From: Enoplolaimus lenunculus
Lineage: Eukaryota
Direction of reading: 5' to 3'
Length of the DNA: 64,000 nucleotides
Assembly (NCBI GenBank): GCA_030248215.1
Contig: JASANG010000864.1
Coordinates: 186,001 to 250,000, forward strand
The translations under genes and the position numbers were made by a program. Below, piece by piece: positions 12,101 to 23,858 of the stretch. The notes under the pieces are model-generated. The model saw only the letters and a program-made list of their open reading frames with translations. It searched no databases and was not told the origin of the DNA. Numbering within the stretch: the stretch's first letter is position 1; every line of letters starts with the position of its first letter.

Positions 12101-15100
12101 GTTTAGCCACAGCCGATAGAGAGTGAAAATATATAGAAATAAGAAAGTTTGTGATTTAAGTAACAATTCCAGCTTTTAAGACAAAGTTTGTGGACGGTTA
12201 TTCCAGACATACACATTTTATGGCGGTTCATAAAGGTTTAGCCACAGCCGATAGAGAGTGAAAATATATAGAAATAAGAAAGTTTGTGATTCAAGTAACA
12301 ATTCCAGCTTTTAAGACGAAGTTTGTGGACGGTTATTCCAGACATACACATTTTATGGCGGTTCATAAAGGTTTAGCCACAGCCGATAGAGAGTGAAAAT
12401 ATATAGAAATAAGAAAGTTTGTGATTTAAGTAACAATTCCAGCTTTTAAGACGAAGTTTGTGGACGGTTATTCCAGACATATACATTTTATGGCGGTTCA
12501 TAAAGGTTTAGCCACAGCCGATAGAAAGTGAAAATATATAGAAATAAGTGCGGAATGCGTGTTCTGTAGAGATCATATCCATTTTCTAACGAAGATATAA
12601 AACATGCAATTTTACAATGCATAAGGGCTCAAAATTTGTGGGAGTGCTTAAAGCCATGTTTACAGCGAATGACGGGAAAACCGGAAACTTTACAGCAGGA
12701 TGTAATGTTTGGAATTTGCAAAGGTAGTTAAAGGCAGTCTACGTTTTTAATATTGTTATCCAGATTGCACAACGGCAATTTAAGAAACTCGGTTAGAATA
12801 TCTTACTTAAGGGTACAGAAAAAGGGAAAATTACAGATGATACCTTAGAGTTCGAAGTAATATTTTGTGGTTATAAAGATATTCCTATCGTTTCAAGAAA
12901 ACGAGTTTTATTAAATGTATAGAGCAGTGTAAGTTTGAAGAAATTATTTGAGTATGATACATTGTGCGCAATATCTGTGATGCGGCAATTTTTATGCAAA
13001 TAAACAACAACTACTACCACGAGGTTATAAAGTTGTAAATCATTTTATTGGGGGCTCGTTGGACATGTTTGGGGGCCGACTAACTTTAGCCAGCCCTGTG
13101 AAGGAGTTGATTTGGTTTGTCTCCGTCTGATTTAAAAACACTGCAACAAAGATTTTAGTGTTTAAAATTAGCAAAGATGAAACCGTTTTGAGTAGGCGTA
13201 AACAATTATTAGTTCGTCTGTGTGAAACAAGTTTCGCTGAACGTCATACTGCTGTTTTGGCGTTCCAAGATCTGATAATGCATGTTTCTGAAGCTATGGA
13301 AGAGTTAAAAGACATGGCAATCAGCAGACGCAAAAATGGTGGCACATACGTATCACAATGCTATTCGCAATTCTACCTTGTTGTTGCGTTAGGAATCCTT
13401 GAAAACGTTGTAGCCTTTTACTTCCGCTGAAGCTGTTATTGATAAATTTGCCTGCTCCACTCTTAAAATGAAGCTGAACCTTTGAAGCTGCATACACTTT
13501 TATAGTGACCGAAAGATTCATTATCTGCAAAAATACATCATAGCGTTTGTGATTTCTGTATATCAGGGTGCAACCGAAATTCCGATTCCGTTTAGAATTC
13601 CGATTCAAAACGAGTTCCTGTTCCGATTCCGATTGCAAAATCATTCGGAATCCGAATTTTGCAATGTTGATTTAATCGTTTTGATTGCATAAAAATTCTC
13701 TCGATCTCAACATCTAAACAAACAAAAGTACCGTTTTATTATGAAAGTAAGAACAATTGTTTGTAGTTAAGCTTTACAGAACGAAAAACAATGCCAATAT
13801 GTTGATGCGACGTTTTTGAAAATTGTTGTCAGCTTACGGATACCTTAAAATAATATATTTGTTAATAAGGGCCATTATGCACGGGAATGCATTTTTAGAA
13901 GAAACAATGACGCCACAACAAAGCTATACACACAAAAAGCTGCAAACGTACAAAATATAGAAACATCCGGTGGGACAATTTTTTCTGATTCGGCACAACT
14001 TGGGGAATTGGATACTAACGTTAATGAAATAGGTAACGAGATGAGGCCTACTGTGACAAATATTGCCGAGAGTGGTACATACATCGAAGAATTTCCGACG
14101 TTAGAAGAAATTACGTATAAAAATATGGAATCCCAAAGGCGGTGGGGCAACTGCAACATTAATAAGACTCTGCCTTTCTATAGTAAGGAAACAAGTTGCC
14201 GAGGGTTTTCAAATCATTATGTGTGTCGTATTATAGTGGAAAACATTGTATATAATGGTAATGAACAAGTTTTTTTCATGAATAAGGCGGTTTATATGGG
14301 TCTACTTCTGGATGCAGCATAACTCAAAGCTATGAGTGACCCTGTTGATATTAAAAATATGGTGAACATTTAGCTTTTGCAGAGAATTTCTGCTGAAATG
14401 ATTATGCGGTGGACTTTTTATTGACAGCTAATTATGCTAAATACACCCAAAATGAACGGTTGTGCGATCTATTAACTGTACGGGTGGTTCTTTCTTGTGA
14501 AAGCAAATAAGGATCATCTTTGGGGTTGTGGCTTTTGGTCGCAAGACCGCAGTATTATTGGAGAACACAACAGTTATCCGAGGGAAATGCCATGGGATGT
14601 CTGCTTACATATTCGCGGGGGATTTTTAAGCCGGGAAAGTCGACGGGAATTGAGTTTTACTGGAAAACGGGCTACCTCGTTAGTGGAGCACAATAAGCAT
14701 GCTGCGAGTTCTGAACCGCAGAAACGACAAGGCGCACGGGACTGGTTGGCGAATAGAACATGGGAGAAGAAAACTTAGCAAAATATTGGCGGTACAAAGA
14801 TAGCGAAAACGACGATAGCCTTTTCAAGCCACGACATTTTCTACATTCGCATTGGTATGGCGGAAGTAAACAGCTTCATGGGACGATCATATTGGAAGTT
14901 ACATAACCTTTTACTGAAATCTGCGTTAGCTAGACGGCTGAGAGGAGTCATGAAGATGATTGTACATCCGGATCAGATGTAAATTTTGGTGTGTATTATG
15001 GAAAAGAGCAGAATAAGGAAATGTTGCTGAAACCTCTTGCTACATTAGCAAGTTTACAGTTTATTTACTGAATGTGTATTTATTATCAATTTTGTGGCAT

Positions 15101-18100
15101 TGTATCTTTATTTTGTGGCCAGAAAATTATTTATGGTATCCAAATAAAATTAATCTACCCTTTAAACAAACGTTTCAAGCCCGCGTTGAGGGTAGCGAAT
15201 TTTTACAATTTAGCGCCATGTTTACAGCAATTGACGGCAAAGTCGGTAAGTTTACAGCAGAATTTTTCACTATTTGATTCCGGTGAAAAATGCAGTAATT
15301 TCAGTTTCCGCTTTCGGTATTTTAAAATCAGCTGGCACCCTGCCTGTTAGCGTAATCCGAACAGCATAATCAGTTTATTTCATTCGTTGATTACAGATGT
15401 TACAACATCCTGTTCATAAGCATATACGACGGTTCCTGTGCTCATCGGTAAGTAATGTGAACTGTTATTACTTAATGATTGAGAAATTAAGTGTTGCTAT
15501 ATTCGAGAAATGTCCAGACAGACTTATCATTGTGACAATATTAGTTCAAATTACAGCTTCGCATTTTTTTTCAATCCTTAAAACGATCATAGCTTCAAAA
15601 TAGCCTTAAACTTCGGTATTAGCTGTTGTTAGTAGATTTTGAAATAGTGTTGTACTGCTGTATTATGGGCTGTCCCTGGTGATGGGGCCGTACAGTTTTT
15701 ACGCGTTCCACTTATGGTCTCTGCTGTTAATTATTCAAATACTTGAGTAGATTTTTTAATCGTGTTGTGCTGTTGTATTCTGAGCTCTCCCCTGGTGATG
15801 GGGCCGCACAATTTTACCCCTTCCACTTCTGGTCTGCCCCCAGGTTGATTTCTCCCGACCTCCAGATTGGACCTATGGGAATTGCTTCGCCAACTCTTCA
15901 ATTGCATCTCACGTTCAATCTGACTGAATGTCCCCCACAGAACGTCGGAAGAGGGAAGGGCCAGGTGTTCTGCTTTCGACATTTGATTTTAACAGAAGTA
16001 TACCATAAATTTCAGATTTTGTTCGGTGGGATTATCATGTTACTGGTTTACATGCCACTTCAATTCATTCGTCGGCTTGTGTCCGGCATATTGCCGTACA
16101 ATATCAGTTTTAATATGTAAGTGTAATGCAGTAGCAACCAAGACCTTGAGGCTGGCTTGCATTCTAAACAAACTGCGATGTTTACTATGCTTAATTATTG
16201 TCCATATTTAGCGTATTTCTTAATTTATACAGCAAACAGAAATGATGTCAGATTGCTGAAAAAATCTAAAAATGTATTTAGGGTTGCAAATTGTTTCGTA
16301 CCTTGAACTGAATTACCTGCTGTTTGGGACCAGCTTTATTTTGACCGTATTCAACGTTAAAACGTTTGTAGCCAAGGGTTGTTTAGACCTAATTTTAGGT
16401 GTCAATACTTTGCTTATCTATTTTAGAGATACTCCGATTAGTGAGTTGTCGCTCGAATTGCTGTTGCTTCAAGGTGTATTACCTGCGTTACTTGAACAGT
16501 CACAAGCACGACATGTATTTAAACATGCAACACTAAACTGGTGTCGTATAGTGGGGCGTTGCCTTGGTTTACTGGGATACTTGTTGCCCGAAGATGTAAA
16601 TATCATTTTTGATATACTAGTACAGCATAGATATTTTGACCCATGTTAACTATAAGAACCAGTAAAATAAACCTAAACTCGATCTGTATGTTACTCAATC
16701 TTCATAGCTCCCATGGGGTAGGATTAACAGCCGCCAATATTGGGGGGACAGTATATTGTAGTACTACAGTATAATAATATGAAACTGACATTATTTGAGA
16801 TTGTGATACTGACATGGCTTTTAGGCAACTGTATTGAGAGGTTGCTATGCAAATTTTGACATTATACGAAGCATAATATGTGGTGTCGTTCAATAGTTAA
16901 TCGCTGATTAGTGACAGTTGATATAAATTGTTCAGAATTTGGACAAAAAATGCAGCTAAACTGGTGATTTATGTATAGAATGCGGAAAAATGATCAATGT
17001 TTTATAGAAAGAAACAGCGTTCAATTTAGATTAAGTAATTATGCAGTTACTAACTTACATATTGTTACAACACCCAAAACAGTTCTCGTTTTAACTATTG
17101 TGCAGGATATTTCACAACCGCACTCAGTCACTAACCCCACCACAACCGAAGAAGATACCCAGCCTGGCTCTTCTGTGGAAATACTAGACATTGGGCCGTC
17201 AACATCAGCATCATTGCCGTTGTTTGGTTCTCGACGCGCAGATACTACAACCACAGCTGGCCCGCTGCAGCAGTTATATTCGACAACAGAACATATTGGA
17301 AAATCAAATGATAGCAAGATGTCCCAGGGAACCAATATTACACCTTCACCAGCCGTGGATTATAGCGATTTAGTCAAGACTGGAAATATGGAAACGGGTG
17401 ACAAAACTAGTTTTTCGCCTGAATGCCGTCCGTCAACGTCTGGTAATATTGAGAGCGCAGAAGGTGTCACCGGTAGTAGAGTAGAAGAAGGTGACGTGGA
17501 AAACCATGAAGGAAATGCGGGAAGAAGGGATGGTTTGAATGCGAATGTTCCCGCTGCAGATGGTGGCGCTGGAGCGAATAATTTAGCGGCTGAGCATAAT
17601 TTATTACACGTCGGGCACAGTCCGGTTGGGGTTCAGCCATATACAAAGCCGACGTATTTTGCGTTGAGGGTAAGTGAAGCAGTAATTTAATATAAAGAAT
17701 ATATTGTTTGTATTATTAATCCTTAGTCCATGTTCTCAGATGCATTTGGTCTATCACCAGTTAGTGATATGGTTTTCAAACTGACGAATTACTGTAATAG
17801 TTACCGATCTCAAAATTGGTACAGTCAAAATGGTAGGTTTGCAACGCCAGTATCGTAAGCAGGGTGCAACCGGAATTATAAAATACCGGAAACGGAACCG
17901 GAAAGTTAAAATAATACCGGAGCCGGAAAACAAAAATTCTCGTTGCCGAAAAATTCATTTTAACGCTATTTTATCGCTTTTTACGGTGTAAACACACCAT
18001 TTAGGATGCCAAAATCCTGAAACAAATGCAGTAGCTAGAAACGTATAATCAATTATAAAATATGACAGAAATTGAAACTTTTGGCAATACACGCTTAGAC

Positions 18101-21100
18101 AATTTTAGAAAAATCTGTTAGAATAATATGCAAAGTTTTCTTAAATTTCGAATGAGAAAAATTTTCAGTACCGAAGATACCGGAAATTCCAGTAAAAATA
18201 CCGAATTTTTATAGGAACCGGATAGGGAAAAATACCGGATTTTTCTACCGGAACCGGAATTCCGGTTGCACCCTGATCGTAAGCCACCGGTATCAAGGTT
18301 CCCTACATGAACTCACTTGCGTACCTATCAGGGTGCAACCGGAATTCCGGTTCCGGTTCCGGCATTTTTTCACCTTCCGGTTCCGGTTCCGGTAAATTTT
18401 TACCGGATTTAAAAATTCCGGTATTATAATTTGGCCGTTTTCTTAACTTTGCTAATTTTTAAGAATCTCTTTTGAAAGCCACTTGTACTCCGAATATAAG
18501 CCATTGATGGTGGATTTCACTTCAGTCGATGATGAAAATCTAAAATACAACAAATAAAAGAAATACCTATGTTCGACTAAGGTTATGTCACTAATAATAG
18601 AGCAAAAAATAAGATTAAAATGAAATTTTTGGTGAAATGCATTTTTCATTTTCCGGTTCCGGTTCCGGTAAAATTTTCAAATTCCGGTTCCGGTAAATTG
18701 TAATTCCGGTTGCACCCTGGTACCTATACATCTTCACACACCTGTTTGCAAAACAAAATGCATTCTATTACTATGGAATTACAATGATACCCAAATTACG
18801 TATCAAGGGCGTTCGAGATTTAATTGTATAGATAGAGGATATACATTTCATCGAACTTTATTAATATTGTGTTACCTGTGTTCCACATTCTGCGGTGAAC
18901 ATTATTTAACTAAAATGTATCGTAGTCAATGCGTCGCTGCTTATTGATAGATGTTTGTTTTAGATATGCCTTCTACTAGTGGTAATGAGTTTGAGCCTAG
19001 TAATAAGCAGCCTGCTTTGCCTTACTTGCCCTGGTAAGTTTACATAAAGACGGAAATATGAAGATTTTTAAAATACCCATTGATGTGCTGCCGCGATATG
19101 TGTTTTGCGGTATGTAATTAGCTGACCGCTGAGCCGGATCGGTAGGTATTCGTACTATAAAGCATGCCTTATGTGAATCGAATACATAAAATAGGAAAAA
19201 ATTTAGAGCTTCGGGACTTGAGTAGTAGACGGGTCTCAACGATGGTGCGACTCGTGCGACTTGATATTAATTTAACGAATACCGCAGCAGGATATTAAAA
19301 TTTTACTTGAACCTAGACACGAAATTAACGGAATATAGCAATAAAATTCAGCGCTGTTATATAAGTTAGCCTAAAAATTTTTAATTTTATATCAGTGAGT
19401 GAAAAACTTATCAACTTTACTGGACCGGAAAGGTAATCGCTACAAGATGTTAAATATGTCGACTTAACCGTAAATATCCCGTATCCGGTAGGTATATACT
19501 GGAACCGAATATCCGGTGGCGCCATGGCCTAAACCGTAGCGAACGTTTTGAGAAGCGCTATATGATCTGACATTAGCTTTGTATGAAATCAGTAGTTTGT
19601 AAGTTGCCGCTAATTATCTTTCATTACAATTTTATGTAACCTAGGGATATATATTGTATACCAAAAGATTTCAATGACGATGTGGTGATGTGGTACATGT
19701 TAGCATTCTTAGTTAATAAGTTGTATGCTTTATGACATGTCCAATGGTTTGAAGATTAGTCTTGTTATGCGTTGACGTGGATATTTGAAGCTAATTCTGA
19801 TTTTGGTAGGAAAAAGCTATCGGTCTGATAGAAAATTCCAATTATGCGAGTAAAAATTTTAACTTGAATTTTAGTTATGCTCGGACGGACGCTGATATCA
19901 TTAATAACCGGTCACAGCAACGTTCATGAATTGTACACAATGGCGTGCGGGTTGTATATTTGTTGGATTGGGTTGCGACTGGTAATGGCCGCGGCGGAGT
20001 ATCTTCCCAAAGGATGGACTTATGTATGGTCTTCGGTTCGATTTTGGTTCATCGTGGTAAGCGTAAGTGGTATTGGTATACTATTTATTAAGTAAAATAC
20101 AGTTGGTGCTAATATATAAATACCACGCTATACTTGAACCAGAGGATATAAGTTTGAATTTAAAGTTATGGGAAGTCTTGCTTGTTTTTGCGTCAACTGG
20201 TGCAATATAGTTTCGTACTTTGAAGTCATTTAGTAATAAGTAGCTGTCCACGACATTTGTGTGTTATTGTGTGCCTCTGTATGAAAACGATATCGTTTTT
20301 CTCTGCACAAAAATAGACGTGGTGTATTATGTTACATATAGCAGGAAAATGAATTTTAATATTTGAACGCTACATTTGTCTGTTAATCAATCGAACAAAG
20401 AAATGTAATGGACATGGTGTTGTCTTGCATACATTTATGTTCCATAAGTACGGGCTCCTTTAGTAGCAGCTGTCAAAAACAGCTAATGGGCACATTATGC
20501 GAATCTTATCCTCATTAATTAATTTACAGATAGCGAAATGCATCGCTGTCGGAATTCCGTTACTAATCGTTTTACCGCTGTTGTTTGGCATTTTGTTTCA
20601 AATGCTCGTTGTGACACCGTTGCGGGTTCCGATTAACCAATCGCCAATATTGTTTCCAACTCAAGTATGATTGGTTTTCCTTTTAATATCCAAATTTTTT
20701 TGTTAAGTGTGCCGATTGATTCTTTAGGTATGGCTAATTTTATATCACTATGCTACTTATTGATTAGAGAAATTGAAAAATATTATGAGTTAGAAAGTGA
20801 GATTAATTAAAATAAAAAATAGTAAATTAACCCCTAATATGTAATTTATTGAGAGCTGAACGATGGATTGTGTAAGCTAAAATTTAATTGCATTCATTTT
20901 ATTAGTATTTATTAAGTATATTATGACACTGACACTGGTAAAGTATTTCGGGATTGTTTTGAATATCATTTGTATGTTGTTTTAGGATTGGGCTCTTGGC
21001 ATTTTGCACTGCAAAATCTGTTGCGCTGGTGTGATGATGGGACCAGAATGGTGGTTGAAGGCAGCTTGTGAAAAGGTAAGCACAGCTTTGTTATTTATAT

Positions 21101-23057
21101 TTCGTCGATTTTTTGTAATTGTACAGGGACTGTCAGACTTTGGTGCAATCGTGGCCGAGTTTCAAACCGCGGTTTTGATCGTGATTGCTTGTTTCTTAGA
21201 CGCAATTAGTCTTAGACACGATTTGAACTGCTCGCGACTACTACGACCATAATTGCGAAGGCAGCGGGATTGCCTAGTACTAGTAGTATTAAATTTTCAG
21301 TCGCTTGTAAACGCGGCCACAACCGTGGTTTTTAACGCGGCTGTAATCGTATCTAAAGACGTGACTGCTTGCAACCAAACATAAATCAAATGCGATTATG
21401 AATCCGCAGTCGCGATACCGATTACTGCACACTTAATTTTGTTTGTGACTACTTCGATTGTAAACCACTCAAACTAGAAGCGATTATCTGATTGTAGCTC
21501 AATAGCGTTTTATGCAATTTCACTTCAGTTTTGCACCACGAGAATGTTTTATCAACGACATGAATGCTTCGTTCAAGAAGTGTATTAAGTTGCTTTTACA
21601 TTGTTACCTGTGGTTGCTTTCGAGGTAACAGAATTTGTCCTCGTTTTAGCTCTATCAAGACGGCATTCGCAATTTGGATTTTTGTGGAACGTACAAAAAT
21701 TTAATAATCCCGTTGTCAACGATGCTCGGCCTCATATTATCGGTTCCGTACGTTCTAGCGTACACAATATTGCCTGTTAATGGTAAGAATGTGGTTACTA
21801 AAATACGAAGTGCACGATTTGCTCAAAATAAATGTGAACAGTTTATTTGCGGTTAATGGTAGATAATTTTTCTTAATTTTAATAATTTCTTTACGTCAAA
21901 ATTTAAGACCATAATCATTATTTTCAATATTGTGGCCAATGTTGTTTCCTGTGCATCTATAATATTAAAATAGTACAAACTAAATTTCAAACTAGCCTAA
22001 GTATACTTGCCCTAATCCTCAATATGGCCGTTATTTTTAGGGTATTCTGTTCAAGACCAAGTGCTGTTTGTTCGTCATTCGTATCCGTGCATGCTGATAG
22101 TATGTGGTGTTGTTGCGTTTATTATTTGGCACATTAGACAACTCAATCGTTTGTTAGTTCATATCCGGAATGACAAGTAAGCCTTGTGCGACGTGTAAAA
22201 GCTAAAAGAACATTTGATTTGCCTCTAAAGGGATGAAACTACGAATAAAAACAATAATTATTTAAGGTGACACTAAACTTATCGTACCGGTTCAGAAGTT
22301 GACGGTACCGCAGCACTACCCGAAGAGTTGAATAGAACGTAATGGCGTACCGTGAGTGTTTCTTCTTGAGAGCATTTCAAGAGCGTACTGTTTAAGTAAA
22401 AGGGGTGTTGGCACCTAGCGATGTGCATGAAAATTGAACCCTGCTGGACACTGAGTCTCATTAAGAATCCAAACGATTGAAAAAAATGCATCCTAAACTG
22501 CTCTGGAAAATAAGACAAGTCACAGACAGAAAAGAGGGCATTCGCGATCGTTGCAAACGCGGTTATAATCACTGTTTTTGACTTGCGATCGCGTCTGCGG
22601 ATGCGGATAGTCACAAGCAATTAAAACTTAGACGCGATTATGAAGCCGTAACCAAATGTAAATACGATTGCTCGCACTGAATTTTGTATGTAACACTAGA
22701 TTTTGCGACTCGCTCGACAATCCGTCCATTTCCGTAATCATATAATGACTCATGGTAGTGGTAGTAGTAGTAGTAGTAGCATTGGCGGTGGTCGTAAACA
22801 TTGTCAAATCTCATCCCGACTTTGTTTTAATTATGCAGAATTATTGTTTGAATAACAGTTTTAAATGCATCCCTAAAGTCTTTGCTAATCAGTAATCATT
22901 CTACAAACTTTGCAGGTATCTTGTTGGCCAACGGCTGGTAAATTATCCTGGTGCAGCATTGCGTGGGCAACGAAGTAGCGCTTCGCAAGCTTCAACGGTT
23001 GAAGGTCCGTCCACAACGAATAACAGGACAACAGATGGAGGTTTTATTGTAGAATAA
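123..23057 (+). CDS. MARCHF6: E3 ubiquitin ligase MARCH6/TEB4/Doa10 orthologue, multi-exon, 5' (RING-CH) exons upstream of the window
   Basis: GT-AG exons read by hand: 123-266, 799-871, 1296-2805, 3414-3909, 4685-4831, 5135-5303, 5673-5787, 6395-6598, 15397-15447, 16016-16116, 16427-16595, 17106-17669, 18964-19033, 19875-20056, 20530-20664, 20986-21075, 21650-21782, 22041-22176, 22916-23057 (TAA). They join in frame and give MARCH6 motifs: IRFWFHYTLVAVAWLGVVPL, LCAFISLVWLREQI, EWNQAAEDLTWERLLGIDGSL, GIFPLLCGWWLDVCSL, PGTSMFVHW, LREILRPGVLWFLQNLNDPDFNP, DWALG and the C-terminal NDKYLVGQRLVNY. Confidence 0.96.
655..770. repeat. (TTA)n/(CTA)n microsatellite in a MARCH6 intron
   Basis: Imperfect run of ttattattatta. 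Confidence 0.9.
7406..7417 (+). promoter_or_regulatory. Candidate snRNA proximal sequence element (PSE) of U1: ATAACACTGGTG
   Basis: At -62..-51 from the U1 start; 11/12 identical to a motif at -63..-52 of U3. Confidence 0.6.
7468..7626 (+). ncRNA. U1: U1 spliceosomal snRNA (intronic, sense to MARCH6)
   Basis: Starts AAACTTACCTGGCTGGGGG (5' splice-site-pairing end, nematode type). Loop I GATCATGAAG (U1-70K site), loop II ATTGCAC (U1A site), Sm-like AATTTCTTAG, terminal stem GGGAtAGCG-TTCG-CGCTTCCC. Confidence 0.95.
10200..12700 (+). mobile_element. Decayed non-LTR retrotransposon (L1/Tx1-like ORF2: APE end, RT, zf-RVT)
   Basis: SDH and GRSYCKL endonuclease-end motifs near 10210-10290. ORF 10745-11143 has KSPRSDGLTTEFYK and ISLLYKSKGD..LKNCRPVSVLNVVYKIL (RT N-terminal motifs). 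After the tandem array, ECVFC...EDIKHAILQC matches the CCHC zf-RVT. Many stops and frameshifts. Confidence 0.85.
11611..12548. repeat. 135-bp tandem array, 7 copies, inside the LINE
   Basis: Units start at 11611, 11746, 11881, 12011, 12146, 12281, 12416; near-identical, third copy 130 bp. Confidence 0.95.
13158..13430 (+). pseudogene. hAT-family transposase remnant (THAP12/ZMYM-type)
   Basis: LVRLCETSFAERHTAVLAF...EAMEEL resembles the hAT L..LCETRW.ERH motif; short and disrupted. Confidence 0.6.
13870..14980 (+). mobile_element. Second, internally deleted L1/Tx1-like fragment
   Basis: 14826-14900 is a diverged copy of 10213-10290 (GRSYWKL), joined directly to the RT-start peptide LARRLRGVMKMIVHPDQ. 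The 5' boundary is uncertain. Confidence 0.6.
17860..18275. mobile_element. hAT-like MITE (TIR CAGGGTGCAACCGGAATT)
   Basis: TIRs at both ends; perfect 8-bp TSD ATCGTAAG. Confidence 0.9.
18329..18719. mobile_element. hAT-like MITE (TIR CAGGGTGCAACCGGAATT)
   Basis: TIRs at both ends; perfect 8-bp TSD GTACCTAT; subterminal TTCCGG repeats. Confidence 0.9.
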
Positions 23058-23539
23058 GACTAAATTAAACTTTCTCGCACAAAGTGCTTATACTATGAGA
23101 AAATCGGCGCAAACTGTACACTCAAAAATAATAGCAGGATGTGTCGTGTTTAGCAAAATTCCTGCAAAAGACGTTGAGAGCCGCTCGGTCTCGAACGTCA
23201 AGTAGTGATGTTAAGCCCTTCCGCCCGAGAGTCCCTAGCTCTAATCCCAGTTTGAAATTGTACTCAGATGAAAATGCAAATATTCATGCTACAAAAATTA
23301 ATAAAACTGTCGGGTGCTCTCTGTAAACCTTCCCACACAAAGTATAGTCGAGTGGTTATGATAAAGCGCCTATACGAAAGTTCCGAGGTCAAATTCCAGC
23401 TGGAAGTTGGATCTCTTATTAAAATTAATACATCCGCTACGAGAAACGGTTAAATGTGTGTCTGAAGCGTTGTTTTGTAAAATGGTTTATCCATGTTGGT
23501 ATAAGGTATATTGATGAGTAAACTGACTACTGATAAGTT

Positions 23540-23675
23540 TGCCCATGTTACTTTAAGGGGCGTCAAGGTTTCTGGTGGGTCTATAAAAGAGTGGGTTTAT
23601 TTTAGATTACATTTTTTTGGTTATTCTTAGGAATACGCTTAATCTATTGTTACGCCCCTCAAAGTAACGTTGGTC
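23540..23675. mobile_element. TTAGGC-family MITE, subtype B (short copy)
   Basis: Ends gcccatgttactttaaggggcg / cgcccctcaaagtaacgttggtc; TSD GATAAGTT/GGTAAGTT. Confidence 0.75.
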
Positions 23676-23715
23676 GGTAAGTTGGTAAAATATTGATGAG
23701 TTCTATCACTTATAT

Positions 23716-23858
23716 AGCCCATGTATTGAACAGGGCCGGAACAGTAGTATAAGCATATTGCCTATTCCTAAGCCTAAGCAAAAAATTAGTCTAAAGCTTA
23801 AACTGACACTATTATAACCCCTTCGGAAAACTATCCGTCCCGGTTCTATACATGGGCC
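23716..23858. mobile_element. TTAGGC-family MITE, subtype A
   Basis: TIR agcccatgtat / atacatgggcc; perfect 8-bp TSD ACTTATAT; internal CCTAAGCCTAAG. Confidence 0.85.

Noticed and set aside
15674..15982. GC-rich intronic segment with a 50-bp duplication and ORFs on both strands
   Set aside because: No recognisable domain or ribozyme core; possibly a retroelement scrap, but not supportable.
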